This document shows positions 1-12,899 of a DNA stretch of 64,000 nt, one piece after another. The stretch is from assembly GCA_051313645.2 (NCBI GenBank), contig JBNRSN020000069.1, forward strand, positions 372,001 to 436,000. The letters run 5' to 3'. The stretch comes from Centroscyllium fabricii. Its lineage: Eukaryota. Position numbers and translations under genes: made by a program. The stretch's first letter is position 1. Every line of letters begins with the position of its first letter. The notes beneath the pieces are model-generated. The model saw nothing but the letters and a program-made list of their open reading frames with translations. It did no database searches and was not told the origin of the DNA.

Positions 1-684
1 TACCCCAGTATGTCCACAAGGCACCTGCGAGCAGCACGAACGAGCACCAAGCTTGGATCCACAAAGCGCGCCCCCTAGAGTCAGAGGACGAAGGAGAGAC
101 CGCGCCCCCTGCTGCCAGAATCAGGGCACCACCGCCACACAGCAGTGATATAACCACCACCAGTCGACCGGCATCAAGGGAACAACCGACACAACCAGCC
201 ACTCCACGACAACGAACACCACAGGCACCACCAGCGGTGCGAAGATCAGCGCGGATAACAAAACCGCCTGATAGACTGAATTTATAGTCATAAGAACTCT
301 GCTTGTATATATATTTTCTTGTTGTTGACGAATCACCATGTAATTATTAGTTTTTTTCACCTCGCTGTACTTCCGTGTTTTTTTCACCCCACTATACCTT
401 TGTTTTTAAAGAAGGGGTGAATGTGATAAACCATATATCACTGTATATAACGAATCACCATGTAATACTCTGTAATACCTGTACGGGATCCCAGGAGCAT
501 ACCTGGCGCCGCCCATGACTCCTCCCCCGCTGGAGGAGGTATATAAGTGACTGCCCCCATCCCCCATGCCATTCCGGGGACAGTCAGCCTCACTGTTGGA
601 TACTTGTGTATTGTCATCGTAGTTAATAAAAGCCTGATTATTCTAACCAACTATTCGACTCCGAAGACGTTATTGACGGTTACA
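1..684 (+). mobile_element. 3' end of a Gypsy-like LTR retrotransposon: pol C-terminus, polypurine tract and 3' LTR (422-684)
   Basis: Open frame 3-287 ends RRSARITKPPDRLNL*, typical of a Gypsy integrase tail. PPT aaagaaggggtgaa precedes TGTGA at 422. The LTR has TATA and AATAAA and ends ...ttaCA. Confidence 0.75.
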
Positions 685-1315
685 AGTACAAAGAAGGTTC
701 ACTTGGTTCATCCCAGGGATGAGGGGTTGGACATATGAGGAGAGGTTGAGTATATTGGGACTCTACTCATTGGGGTTCAGAAGAATGAGAGGTGATCTTA
801 TTGAAACATATAAGATTGTGAAAGGGTTGGATCGGGTGGATGCGGGGAAGATGCTCCCAATGATGGGTGAAACTAGAACTAGGGGGCATAATCTTAGAAT
901 AAGGGGCTGCTCTTTCAAAACTGAGATGAGGAGAAACTACTTCACTCAGAGGGTAGTAGGTCCATGGAACATGCTGCCAAAAAAGCTGTAGAAGCTACAT
1001 CATTACATAAATTTAAAACAGAAATAGACAGCTTCCTAGAAGTAAAAGGGATCAAGGGTTACGGGGAGCGGGCAGGAATTTGGACATGAGTCTAGGTTCC
1101 GATCAGTCATGGCCCTGTGGGTAGTGGAGCGGGCCCAGGGACCGTGTAGCCTGATCCTGCTCCTATTTCGTGTGTCTAATTCTGTTAGATTCAGGAGATG
1201 GTTCTGTGATAGTAGATTGGTGGTTAGGATCAGATCAGCCATGATCTTATTGAATGGCAGAGCAGGCTCGAGGGGCCGATTGGCCTACTCCTGCTCCTAT
1301 TTCTTATGTTCTTAT
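685..1315 (+). mobile_element. CR1 LINE 3' fragment
   Basis: ORF2 end YEERL..LGLYSL.FRRMRGDLIETYKI...FTQRVV; 3' hairpin and (ttcttatg) tail. Confidence 0.92.
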
Positions 1316-1632
1316 GGGACCAGGCTGGTGCCGGACTATTGAAAATTCCAAACCACTGAAGGTTCAGGGGAGCGCGCGGGTAGAACACTCCCCGGGGCCC
1401 AGAGCACGTGGGTAGAACACTCCCCGGGAGGCAGCCCGGGGATAGAACAGTTAGAGAACCTAAAAAAGCAGTAACCCAAACGCCCGACACCGTCGGCGCT
1501 CGCCCACCCTTCGAGGGAAATGGTGGCGCCGCCGAGCGGCTGCTCCGCAAAATGAAGAGCGCCGGTTTCCATTCGTGTCGGACCACTGAAGGTGCCGGAC
1601 AATCGGGTGCTGGATTACCGGTGCTCAACCTG
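1316..1632. mobile_element. Tc1/mariner-pogo (Tigger-like) MITE, left end missing
   Basis: Ends ...ggtgctcaacctg|TA and shares both ends with the complete copy at 51486-51967. Confidence 0.6.
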
Positions 1633-1871
1633 TATAAAAATAACATTTTGATTGGCTAGAAAGAAAGTTCCAATGGTCATTTTTCAGCCAGTCAATGCCT
1701 GGAAGTGCAAGGATTGATCAAATGTGACCATGTCAATCCTGGACATCATTTTCTCACATTAAACAAGGAGACCTGCGACCACTTGCTGAATTACCTCAAG
1801 CGGAACCGAGATTATGCCCAGATAGCTTGCCAGTGCTGCGCCGAGAATTTTAGTCCCAAAGTCCAGATAAT

Positions 1872-2665
1872 GGGGGGGATTTTGCCAGAAGTGCGGGAAC
1901 CTGGCGGGGATTGGTCAGGGCGGGTTCCTGTCCCACCTGGCCAAGGTCCTGGGTACCCCACGCAATTTTCATTTAATTGAGCAATTAAATCACCGCGTGG
2001 GGGAGCCGCTGGTAATTGACTCAATTAAGTCAGAGCTCCAGTGGGCTGCAAGCATCTTGACAGACAGTTCCAGCACGGGTTGTTGACAGTTCCCATGGAA
2101 ACACTCCACTGTGACATCACAGTGAAGTGTACCCAATGTGAAAGGCCAAGTGCTGGTGACTGACAGGTGGGCGGGACGGAACCGATTTTTGACAGCTAGT
2201 CAGCGGCTGTCAGCAAATCTGCAAAGGGTAGATTTCTGAGTTTTTGGGCACAGCTGGTGTTCACACAATGGAGTGACTTACTCCACCAGGGTGTTGAAGG
2301 CGAGTGAAGCATTTTGCTGCAGGTCCTTCAGCACATTGAAGGAGAAAGTTATGAACACCGCTGTGCTCCCGCTGGGTTTTCACCAGCGGGGTTTTAGGAT
2401 GGCGGGGTTTGGGTGAGAAGGGGGTGAAAATGGCTCAGGTCATTACACATGCCAATTAAGAGCCCTTAATGAGCTGGCAACTCATCCCCACCGGCGGGAA
2501 CGATTCGGGGCGGGGAACCAGGGTGGGGGGAAATGTTAAAGTGGCGGGGATCCGGCGGGGGGGTCACGACCCGCCGGCTTTGCTATTTTGCCGGCCGACC
2601 CGCCGAATACCCCGCCGAATACCCCGCCGAATACCCCACCTCATGGGGAGATGAAAATCCCCCCC
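1872..2665. mobile_element. Non-autonomous DNA transposon (Harbinger-like MITE)
   Basis: TIRs ggggggattt / aaatcccccc; 13-bp subterminal tandem repeat (cccgccgaatac, x3); homologous in inverted orientation to 55205-56017. Confidence 0.7.
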
Positions 2666-2737
2666 AAGGTTTCTGTCCTGACTGATATCGCCTTCACATA
2701 CTTCTCTTGCATTTTGAAGAACATCTTCAAAAATTGT

Positions 2738-2963
2738 GATGTGGAGGTGCCGGTGTTGGACTGGGATGGACAAATGTAAGATGACACACAACACCAGGTT
2801 ATAGTCCAACAGTTTTATTTGAAATCACAAGCTTTCGGAGCATTGCTCCTTCATCAGGTGTCCTGATGAAGCACACCTGAGGAAGGAGCAGCGCTCCGAA
2901 AATTTGTGATTTCAAATAAAACTGTTGAACTATAACCTGGTGTTGTGTGACTTCTTACAATTG
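2738..2963. mobile_element. Penelope-like fold-back element, family A, with hammerhead cores
   Basis: Inverted arms; minus strand CTGATGA-A-GGAGC-aat-GCTCC-GAAA-GC-TT; TSD tcaaaaattgtg. Confidence 0.75.
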
Positions 2964-3619
2964 TCAAAAATTGTGGATCAAGGGAACCAATTTCACAATT
3001 CACCATATCAATGAGGATGTTGTTGAACATGAAGAAAAAAACATTTGAATCTGATATTTTCATTCATAGATCTTAACACACAAGTGCAAAATCTCCTCTG
3101 CAGACTGAACAATTGTCTCTGGTGAATTCTTGTGTGTTGCCACAACTCTGGCATAAGATTTTGAGATGTTATTAGATAGATGAGCTTCACATAAGGCACA
3201 AAAAACACTGAAAGTCACACAAAATTGTTCAGTTTCTGTATCCTTCCAAGAGTTGGGTTTATGAGTTGCTGTCATTCAGCTATAATTCCACTTGCTTTAA
3301 ATACAACTAGAACATCTCTTAATATTGTTTACTTTGTGTCCAGTAAATGTTCATGCTACACAAGCAGTTATAATCCTGAATGAACTTCCTCCATTTCAGA
3401 AGCTGTCACTTTCTCAATATTGGGTCACTTTCTTCCTTGCCACGTGCACATTGAACGTCTTCCAAAATCTTTTTTAGGAATTTTCTCAAACTGCAAACAG
3501 CTGCTCCTCTGAATGCCAGTTATACTGCAGGCACTGGTCTCAGACAGGTGGTCATATACTGCAGTCCGTAGTTGGCAGATTCGGGTGCCTGTGTAGCACT
3601 GGAGCTCTGAACAAGTCAG

Positions 3620-4135
3620 GCGTGTGATGGAATACTCTCCACTTGCCTGGATGAGTGCAGCTGCAACTATACTCAAGATGCCCGACACTATCCAGGACAA
3701 AGCAGCCCATTTGATTAGCAACCCATCCACCACCTTAAACATTCATTCCCTCCACCACCGGCGTACCGTGTGTATCATCTGCAAGATGCATTGCAGCAAC
3801 TTGCCAAGGCTTCTTCGGCAGCAACTCTCAAACCCGCGACCTCTTCCACCTAGAAGGACAAGGGCAGCAGGCGCATGGGAACACCACCACCTCCAAGTTC
3901 CCCTCCAAGTCACACACCATCCTGACTTAGAAGTATATCACCGATCCTTCATTGTCGCTGGGTCAAAATCCTGGAACTCCCTACCTAACAGCACTGTGGG
4001 AGTACCTTCACCACACGGACTGCAGCGGTTCAAGAAGGCGGCTCACCACCACCTTCTCAAGGGCAACTAGGAATGGGCAATAAATGCTGGCCTTGCCAGC
4101 GATGCCCACATCCCATAAACGAATTTAAAAAAAAC
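3620..4135 (+). mobile_element. CR1/L2-superfamily LINE 3' fragment
   Basis: MEYSPLAWMSAA..DTIQDKAA.LI...WNSLP...FKKAAHHHLLKGN*; tail gggcaataaatgctggcc and A-rich end. Confidence 0.85.
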
Positions 4136-4194
4136 ATGCTATTTGTACGTACCTTCACACGCTTCTGATTAGCAGTTGCATTTTATTATGAGAG

Positions 4195-4570
4195 GTGATG
4201 GGAGGGTCAGCTCTCCTGGTTAGGGTCGGCGAATAGTTGAGCCACAAATAACAACTTCGATCCCCAGTCTGTACTGAATTACCTGATCTCAGTTTAGACT
4301 GCAGTGGAAGGGGAAGGGGGTCTAAGTTAGTTTCAGTGTCCTGGGTTAGAGGGAAAATTTGGTCATCTGCATGAATACATTTGAGAGAACAGGATTGGAC
4401 TTGACCTTGCTATTTCCTCCCCCAACCCCTGCCTACAGTTAAACAGCTGCTGATATTCACGGTCTAGACTCACACATGATGACTGGTCAGTTGAGCGAGA
4501 TACCAGAGGTATAATCATCCCTTTGGAACCATATGCAGCCAAGGCATCAGGCGAGAAGGAGAGAACTAGG
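4195..4570 (+). mobile_element. Degraded ancient SINE-like repeat
   Basis: Motifs gatccccagtctgt..ctgatctcag and ctagactcacacatga..gagcgagatacc resemble an old chondrichthyan SINE body (recognition from memory only). Confidence 0.3.
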
Positions 4571-4770
4571 TGGAAAAGGAGGAAAGAAATTCCAAGCGGG
4601 TTCAACAGATAACTTGAGAACTTTTTAAACTTGGCTTTACAGCAAAATACAGTCAAATCCAAGTGACGTGAGGCCACCTTCAGGGGATAGTGCCAGAACA
4701 TTTACAATTAGTGCATTTCTCAGTCAGATTGTTGACCTGATTCAGATCACTAATTTTGTGCTAATGTGTA

Positions 4771-5905
4771 TGTCACAGGGTGCCTGTCCCTTTAAGAATT
4801 CAAAACAGTTTTGTTGTGTTTCACACCTGTTTTGAGGACTGGGTTCCCCTGTTATTCCATTATTTATTCTATTATCTGTGTCAATTGCTTGTTGTGTTCC
4901 TGTTCTCATTGCCTTCAGCTTATTGGCTAACACCAAATTGTATGTTGGCCGGTTTTGGTTGATAAGCTGGAGGTAGTGATGAGAGCAGGGCGGGATCATT
5001 GTAATGTATGAACTGGACTTCTATTACACATTCTACAAGCCACTGGAGGGAGTGGTTCTGCTTCTAGAGAGGCTATGGTTTTGGACTTTCCCTTGCCCGA
5101 TTGAGGACGGATTCCCTTTGGACCACTCGGCTAGGGTGAGACTAGCTGGAGCAGCTAGAGTGAGACTGGCTGTTGAGTAGTCTCCAGTGACTTTCTAGTT
5201 GTCATCTGTCGGGACATTGAGTTCAGCCACCGGCAGCACAGGCTGAGTTGCTTAAGAGGGGCAATGGGGTTGGAGCTCAGATCACTCTGCCTTGACATTG
5301 CGCCCTGCTATCTGGAACTCAGGCATGGACAGTTCATATGTTGAGTAAGGGCGTTCCCCTGCTTGTGGATCTGAATCTACTACTTGGACATTTGTTTCAT
5401 TTTCATCCGAACCCAGGTTTGGACATTTGATACCTGTTATGCAGAAGCTGTTCCCAAATCCTCTACGGGGAGTTGTATTGTGATGTCCTACTCGCAGAGG
5501 AGAACTTGTTCGTTTCTCTTAAAGCAGTTGGATTGTGATGTCCTGCTTATAGAGGAAGACTCGTTTAAGTTGGACAGTGATGCCTGGACTTGTATTCCTA
5601 GGGAAAATGACGCGCTTTGTTGCGTGGCACCCCTCTACCCATTTCTCACTATTTTGGGAAGTTTTGTGCCAGTCTTTAGTTAGACTTGTGTTTAATATGT
5701 GTACTATATATTTGTATGTTAATGCTATTCTATGTGGTTTTGTTATAAAGGAGTTTTGTTATAAAAGACGTTTCAGTGTCTCTGCATTTGGGCCCCGCCC
5801 GCATTCCGTTACACCAATCTGGTTACAGTGTATACTAAACCACTTCGCATCAATGTGGAAGTGATAGTGTAACTGGCCCATACACTCTGACCTGGGATTT
5901 GTACA
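4771..5905 (+). mobile_element. Possible solo LTR
   Basis: TG...CA ends, tgtccctttaagaa start motif and T-rich 3' part with ATAAAA; TSD not clear. Confidence 0.4.
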
Positions 5906-6394
5906 ATACAAAGGCTAATCTACTCCACATTTCGAGCCGGTTTTCTAAATTCCAACGCGCTATTCAATTTTTTATATGTCTATTAATTTTCTTAAACCTA
6001 TTCAAATATTTCTGATTATACCCAGTAATCGGGCCTACATTTTCCATCCAACCTTCTAAAAGTGTTTAAATTCCAGCTGCATTTTACAGTGAAATCACAC
6101 TCCACAAGTTTAACGCCAAAACACCTTCATACTGATGCTAAACTTGGGAGTGCAAATTGGATACGAAGGCCAATCTTGACTCCCAAACAAAGCATATTAC
6201 AACTCCCACCTCCAAGGAGTTTCACTCTGCGTTGGCCTGGTGTCAGGTTGGGTCCTGGCTCTGAATTCAATCTGCATTTACACTGTAACAGCAGCATCAG
6301 TATGAAGTGAAACCGATTCACACCAACGCTATGAATCTAATGTGAATGCAGCCTTAAATATAAAACAGGTTTTTACAATCTTTCTTTTTCTTCT

Positions 6395-6750
6395 AACACA
6401 GAAGATAGGAGCAGGAGTAGGCCATTCGGCCCTTCGAGCCTGCGCCGCCATTTTGATGAGATCATGGCTGATCATCCAAACACAGCACCCCCCTCCTACC
6501 CTCTCCCCATATCCCCCGACACCCCCAACTCTAAGAACTATATCTCACACACATACTCATGGGCAATTTTTAGCATCTCCAATTCACCTAACCTGCATGT
6601 CTTTGGGTGGTGGGAGGAAACCGGAGTACCCGGAGGAAACCCACACGAACACGGGGAGAAGATGCAAACTCCACACAGAGAGGTCCCGGGCCACGCAGGA
6701 TTCGAACCCAGGAGCTCCTTAGTGCGAGGCACTGCGCCACCGTGTCGTCC
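6395..6750 (-). mobile_element. V-SINE, second subfamily (tRNA head, V-domain, CR1 tail)
   Basis: B box ggttcgaatcc; V-domain gtgggtttcctccgggtactccggtttcctccc; near-identical to 10572-10940. Confidence 0.9.
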
Positions 6751-7239
6751 TTCTAAATGTAACAATAACAGAAATGTATACCTTGTACCATTTGCCTGCA
6801 GTCTTTTCCCATACATGAACCAGAACACATCGTTACAAACTCACAGGCCTGATCTTCGCAGTCTGAGAACTAATTAATTCTCCCAGAACATCCCAAAACT
6901 TTTGAGAATCTGTCCCCCCCATTACTTTGGGAAGTCATGCTGAAAGTTTTTAAGTGGTTGAACTGAAATTATAAACACAATTGCCTGAAGTGTTTTCACA
7001 TGTGAAACAGGTGGTTTCAATAATGCTTTCTAATTGACCAGTGGTCTTTAGTGAGTAATATTAGTCGGCAACAAAACACAACAATTGTCTACGCACATCA
7101 AAAACATACAGGAAAAAATGCTTTAAAAATGTAAAACCATTTTCTATTTCTGAAACATAGTTAGTTTTAGGGTGCAGTTGTAGTAGTTTTAGAGCTAGTT
7201 TGTATGTTGTTAACCTGACTGTTTTGGAATTGAGTGTAC

Positions 7240-7445
7240 TCTTTTGAGCAACCCATAAACAAATAAACTGTAACTTAACAAAAATACATTAAATGAAACT
7301 TAACAACTTAAATTAAAATTTGGTTGGCCGGGGTGATGAGTGCACTCCATTACCTGCGGTGCCCACCGGTCCCGGAAGACCTTGATTGTGCTGGTGGACA
7401 CCGCATGCTCCATCTCCAGGGCCCACCCAGAACTGAGAGTAGAGA
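7240..7445 (-). mobile_element. Tx1/L1-clade LINE 3' fragment
   Basis: ALEMEHAVSTSTIKVFRDRWAPQ resembles a Tx1 ORF2 C-terminus; T-rich tail. Confidence 0.5.
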
Positions 7446-7580
7446 GAGTTGTAAACCCAACTACCGTGGCCAGTTGTCGAATCCAATATGATGCCACAAA
7501 ATGCACCCTAAGGGTTACTATTAATGATTTTTGTCAGTGAGGATAATAATGTAACCTACCGTATTGAGTTGCGTTCAACA

Positions 7581-7950
7581 GGTGCAGTAGCATAGTGGTA
7601 ATGTCACTGGGTTAGTATCCCCGAGGCCTGGACTGATGATCCAAGAGACGTGAGTTCAAATCCCACCATAGCAACTGGAGAATTTAAATTCGGTTAATTA
7701 AATAAATCTGGAATAAAAAGCTAGTATCAGTAATAGTGACCATTGTCATAAAAACCCATCTGGTTCACTAATATCATTTAGGGAAGGAAATCTGCCATCC
7801 TTACCTAGTCTGGCCTGTATCTGACTCCATACCCACAGTAAGGTGGTTGACTCTTAACTGTCCCAGCAAGCCACTACCTTCTCAAGGGCAATTAGGGATG
7901 GGCAATAAATGCTGGCCTTGCCAGCGACACCCACATCCTGTGAATGAATA
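7581..7950 (+). mobile_element. tRNA-derived SINE sharing its 3' tail with the LINE at 3620-4135
   Basis: A box tagcatagtgg, B box gagttcaaatccc, tail cttctcaagggcaattagggatgggcaataaatgctggcc. Confidence 0.85.
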
Positions 7951-7974
7951 ACACAAAATTGGCTTGTTTTCTGT

Positions 7975-9170
7975 GTACCTGTCTACCATACCATTTTCTG
8001 AATGGCAATAGATTGGGAGAAGGGGAAGTGCAACAGGACCTGGGTGTCCTTGTGCACCAGTCGCTGAAGGTAAGCATGCAGGTGCAGCAGGCGGTGAAGA
8101 AAGCAAATGATGTGTGGGCGGCACGGTGGCATAGTGGTTAGCACTGTTGCCTCACAGCTCTGGAGACCCGGGTTCAAATCCAGCCTCGGGTACTATCTGT
8201 GTGGAGTTTGCACATTCTCCCCGTGTCTGCGTGGGTTTCCTCCGGGTGCTCCGGTTTCCTCCCACAGTCCAAAGATGTGCGGGTTAGGTTGATTGGCCAG
8301 GAGAAATTGACTCTTAGTGTTCGGGGGATTGAATATGTGGGGTTACGGGGATAGGGTGGGATATGTGTCGGTGCAGGCTCGATAGGGATTGAAGGATATG
8401 GGGAGAGGGCAGGGGCGGGGTACTGAGTTTGGATGATCAGCCATGATCTCATTGAATGGCGGAGCAGGCTCGAAAGGCCGAATGGCCCACTCCTGCTCCT
8501 ATCGTCTATGTTTCTATGTTTCTATGTTTCATAGCGAGAGGGTTTGAGTACAGGAACAAGGATGTCCTGCTGCACTTGTACAGGGCCTTGGTGAGACCAC
8601 ACCTTGAGTACTGTGTGCAGTTTTGGTCGTCTTATCTGAGGAAGGATGTTCTTGCCATGGAAGGAGTTCAGCGAAGATTCGCAAGGCTGATACCCGGGAT
8701 GGCAGGAATGACGTATGAAGAGAGATTATGTCGATTGGGCTTATACTCGCTGGAGTTTAGAAGAATGAGAGGGGATCTCATCGAAACTTGTAAAATTCTG
8801 ACAAGTTTGGACAGACTAGATGCAGGAAGGATGTTCCCGATGGCGGGAGAGTCCAGAACCAGGGGTCATAGTCTAAAGATAATGGGTAAGCCATTTAGGA
8901 CAGAGATGAGGAAGAATTTCTTCGTCCAGAGAGTGGTGAACCTGTGGAACTCTCTACCACAGAATGTAGCTGAGGCCAAGTCATTGAATATATTCAAGAA
9001 GGAGTTAGATATATTTCTTAGAGCTGAAGGGATCAAGGGATATGGGGAGAAGGCAGGTACGGGGTACTGAGTTTGGATGATCAGCCATGATCTCATTGAA
9101 TGGCGGAGCAGGCTCGAGAGGCCGAATGGCCTACTCCTGCTCCTATCTTCTATGTTTCTATGTTTTTGTG
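7975..9170 (+). mobile_element. CR1 LINE 3' fragment interrupted by an HE1 SINE
   Basis: LYRALVRPHLEYCVQFWS...RRMRGDLIE; (tctatgtt)n tail. Confidence 0.92.
8116..8530 (+). mobile_element. HE1-type V-SINE, full length
   Basis: ggcggcacggtggc head, ggttcaaatcc B box, V-domain, CR1-derived tail. Confidence 0.93.
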
Positions 9171-9364
9171 TCTGTGATACATCTATATTAAATATTTTTT
9201 CTTCTGTAGAGTTTCAATAATTTGTACCTAACGATTGGCGTGCCAAAATTACAAATGGAATTACAAGTGATCAGATAAGTCAAACCCTCACATACTGCTT
9301 GAAATAAAGACATTTTATCCATAACCGGCAACTGAGTCGAATTTCTTGGTAGTCTGACAACCAT

Positions 9365-9590
9365 AAAACAAAAAGATGCTGGAAATCTGAAATCAAAACA
9401 AAAAGTGCTGGAAACACTCAGCAGGTCAAACAGCATCTGTGATGAAAGGAAGGCGGAGTTAACGTTTCAGATCGACGCCCAAATCAGTTCTGATGAAGGG
9501 TCATTGACCTGAAATCTTAACCCTACCTTACTCTCTCCACAGAGTCTGACTAACCTGCTGAGTGTTTCCAGAATTTGCTGTTTGTATTCT
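9365..9590. mobile_element. Penelope-like fold-back element, family B
   Basis: Arm gctggaaa..ctcagcagg..cagcatctgtg and its inverse; CTGATGA-A-GGGTC-att-GACCT-GAAA core. Confidence 0.7.
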
Positions 9591-10571
9591 AAATAGCGTA
9601 TCTTGTCTTGTATAAGTTAAAAAATTCAAGTTTCACAATGTCAAGATTTTATACAAACATACCATCTTTCAAGTGTATCATTTGTTGTCAAACAACTTTC
9701 CTCTGATGAAAGATCCCACAGGATTGTCCTGAAAATAAAATGACACTATTTTTTAAATTAGACACCACAATATATGTGCGATCAATGGCTGTAATGGTAT
9801 ATTTGAAAAACTCAACTTTTGAAAAAATATGTTATCAAGTGATTTTGATATTAAAAGCTGAAAATCTTCTGCCAAGGGATTATTTTAAAATATTTAAGCA
9901 AGTTGGGACTGTTGGTAAAATGCTTTAAAACACGATCCTTTCACTCTGTGGATATTTAGTCCCAACCCATCCTTGACTGATAGGAAGAAATTCTCATTGT
10001 GCCAGCTGAAAACGCACCATATGAAGTGAGATCACAGCCCAGTTATGAGTGGCCAGAAACACACAACATAAAACTGTCCATAATTATGGGCAAACTGGCA
10101 CCAGCAATCTCACTCAGAGGACCGTAGGATGCCGGTGTAGGCAGCGGAAAACACACATTTGTGTAAATGGAAAGTTTTCTGTGGTTGGAGTAAGGTGCAA
10201 TTTGGGGGCAGAGTAGAGGATGCTTTACTCTCTGTCTGCCTGGTGGCATATCTGACCTGGGATTGTTTGGTGTCAACACTGGGTGCCAAAGTGAGAAATA
10301 TCCCAATCTCCAGATATCGCTCACCTTATACAACACAAAATTCCACCTGAATATGTACATATAGAAAGGAACCTCAGCATATAACACTGTTTATGCTAGG
10401 CAAAATTAGGGTGGGCCTCATGAAGAATGCATCAACGACCATTTTAACACCTGCTGAGTATCTGCATTTCAGCAACCAACTGCAGAATTGTCTTGATTAG
10501 CTGCTGATGAAATTCATTTAAACTCGCTTCCAGAATTCACCATAGGAGCAAATACAGAATGAAAAGAGGTA

Positions 10572-10940
10572 GAAACGCAGAAGATAGGAGCAGGAGTCGG
10601 CCATTCAGCCCTTCGAGCCTGCTCCGCCATTTTGATGAGATCATGGCTGATCATCCAAACCCAGCACCCCCCTCCTACCCTCTCCCCATATCCCCCGACA
10701 CCCCCAACTCTAAGAACTATATCTCACACACATACTCATGGGCAATTTTTAGTATCTCCAATTCACCTAACCTGCATGTCTTTGGGTGGTGGGAGGAAAC
10801 CGGAGTACCCGGAGGAAACCCACACGAACACGGGGAGAACATGCAAACTCCACGCAGAGAGGTCCCGGGCCAAGCAGGGTTTGAACCCAGGAGCTCCTTA
10901 TTGCGAGGCAGCAGTGCGAACCACTGCGCCACCGTGTTGT
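10572..10940 (-). mobile_element. V-SINE, second subfamily
   Basis: Same sequence as 6395-6750. Confidence 0.9.
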
Positions 10941-11406
10941 CCGGGTAGAATCATGACAGAGTAAGAGAGCAATGATAAATTATGGTTTAAAACTTTTGAC
11001 AGTAGTTGCAGGCTCCTGGGCCGAGCTCTGGTTTCTGAGGGCAGCGTAGGCAGGAGGTATAACTCAGCACTGTTGGCCGACACCACTTCAAAACTGATAT
11101 TGGTATCATACCAGTGTCATAACTGCATCAGCATTTTGTGATATGAGCAATTGGTAGGAAATTTCTTTTTTTTATCATTATTTAACTGTGACATTTGCCC
11201 ATTTATTCTAACTGTAGACAACTAAGACCACACAGCACATTTCACACCATCTGTTACTCAGAACTGCTCTTCATTTAATGTAACAAGTTGAAATGGAATT
11301 TCAGGATTGCCAACTCGATGTGACCTTTTGTTGTTGCACATATTGTCGCCTAAATAAACTTAGGACCATACATTTAGAATTGATGCTAACAGCTTAAAGT
11401 GAAAGG

Positions 11407-11634
11407 TGTGGTAAACCACTGTTTGTATATAGTTGCCTCTTGCCTGTGTGTATACATGCCCGGGCATGCCTGAAGCTGACTCCGCCCCAGCCTACCTGAT
11501 ATAGGCCCAGACTCTGGGAGCCTGGCTCACTACAAGGAGTTGCCAGTCAGCCTAAGGATGTTCCAGGGTTCTTAGTGAATAAAAGCCTCAGTTGTATTCT
11601 CAACTTCGTCTTGAGTATAATTGATCGTGCATCA
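11407..11634 (+). mobile_element. Solo LTR (Gypsy-like)
   Basis: TG...CA ends, AATAAA, 5-bp TSD AAAGG on both sides; ends resemble the LTR at 422-684. Confidence 0.85.
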
Positions 11635-11861
11635 AAAGGCTAGAAGGTTTTTTTTTGCACAAAGGGTGATTAGAATTTGGTTGCATGGATCAACAGTCGA
11701 AGAGGCAAAATATTAAAGGGTATGGAGAAAAAACAGGTAAAGTAGATCCTGTTGATATGGAAATAACATTGGTACAGGCACACCAGGCCCAATGGCCTCC
11801 TTTTGTGCTGAAATTTATGATTAGGTTACAACCAAAATCTTTGGTGGAACATAAACTCTAT

Positions 11862-12605
11862 GGGCCGTATTTTCCGATCGGAGGCTTCCCGCGTGCGGAG
11901 GCCTCCAATCTGGAAAAATCTACGAACTTACCTGGGGGCTCCTGAGGTGCCTATACTTCCGATCCTGGGCCTCTCCAACACCAGGTGCGCAGGGCCCACG
12001 TACCCCAGGGGCACAGGCGGTTCACAGCGTCCTTGGGATCACATGGGCCATGGGGAGCCAATCACAGAAGGGAATCTCCCTTCATACACTTGGCAGACAG
12101 AACTGTGAATGGAGATCACCCCAAAAACATAGTAAAACTTTAAATACATTTAAAAAACCATCACCTTTTTTAAAATTAGTTGAAATTACAATAAATTTAA
12201 TATTTTAAATAAAATTTTAATTTTTTCAAAAAAATAATTGAAGTTTTTTACGGGGCGAAAAATAAACTTACCTTTCTGTAAAAGTATTTTTAAATGATAA
12301 ATCAGTGAATTTAAAAAAAAAACTTGTTTTCAATTCTTATCCTGGTAAAAGCAGGCCTTACATCTGCTTTTACCAGGCATAAGAACTCTAAGGGTTTTCT
12401 GCGGGCGGAGGGTCTCCAGAAAGCGGAACTCTGCCCGCAGAGGCCCTTCTCCAGGGCAGGCGTCCGATCCGTCAAGAGCATTCTTGACAGATCGGAAATG
12501 CTGGTTTTCAGCACAGGCACTGTGCATGCCTGAAACCGTCATTTCCGATGTCCCTACGGGTGCGTACACAGCTCGTACCCACCCGTAGGGATTGGAATAT
12601 GTGGC
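11862..12605. mobile_element. Harbinger-like MITE
   Basis: Imperfect TIRs gggccgtattttccgatc / gattggaatatgtggc; GC-rich arms with an AT-rich core. Confidence 0.55.
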
Positions 12606-12899
12606 AAGAACTCTAATTAGAAGTCGCAGAATGGTGATCAATTAAAAACATTCTCGTTTTGCCTCCCAAAAAAACTCGGGCCTTGAAATATGGTGGACAA
12701 TATTAAGTCCCATCATGAATGCCTTTCTGTGAAATTCCTTCTTTAACTACTTGAATGGAAGAATTAACTCAATTATAATGAATCAGTGCTCCATTCAAAT
12801 AGAAAAGGGATTGTATATGAAGTGTTAAGCAGATAAAATCGACGCATCATTTCAAGCCTTGATAGGATTATGTATTGGTATAATAAGGTAATTAGAATA

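Noticed and set aside
8116-8190. tRNA-like A/B boxes here and in other SINE heads
   Set aside because: They are SINE heads attached to V or Deu domains and LINE tails, not tRNA genes.
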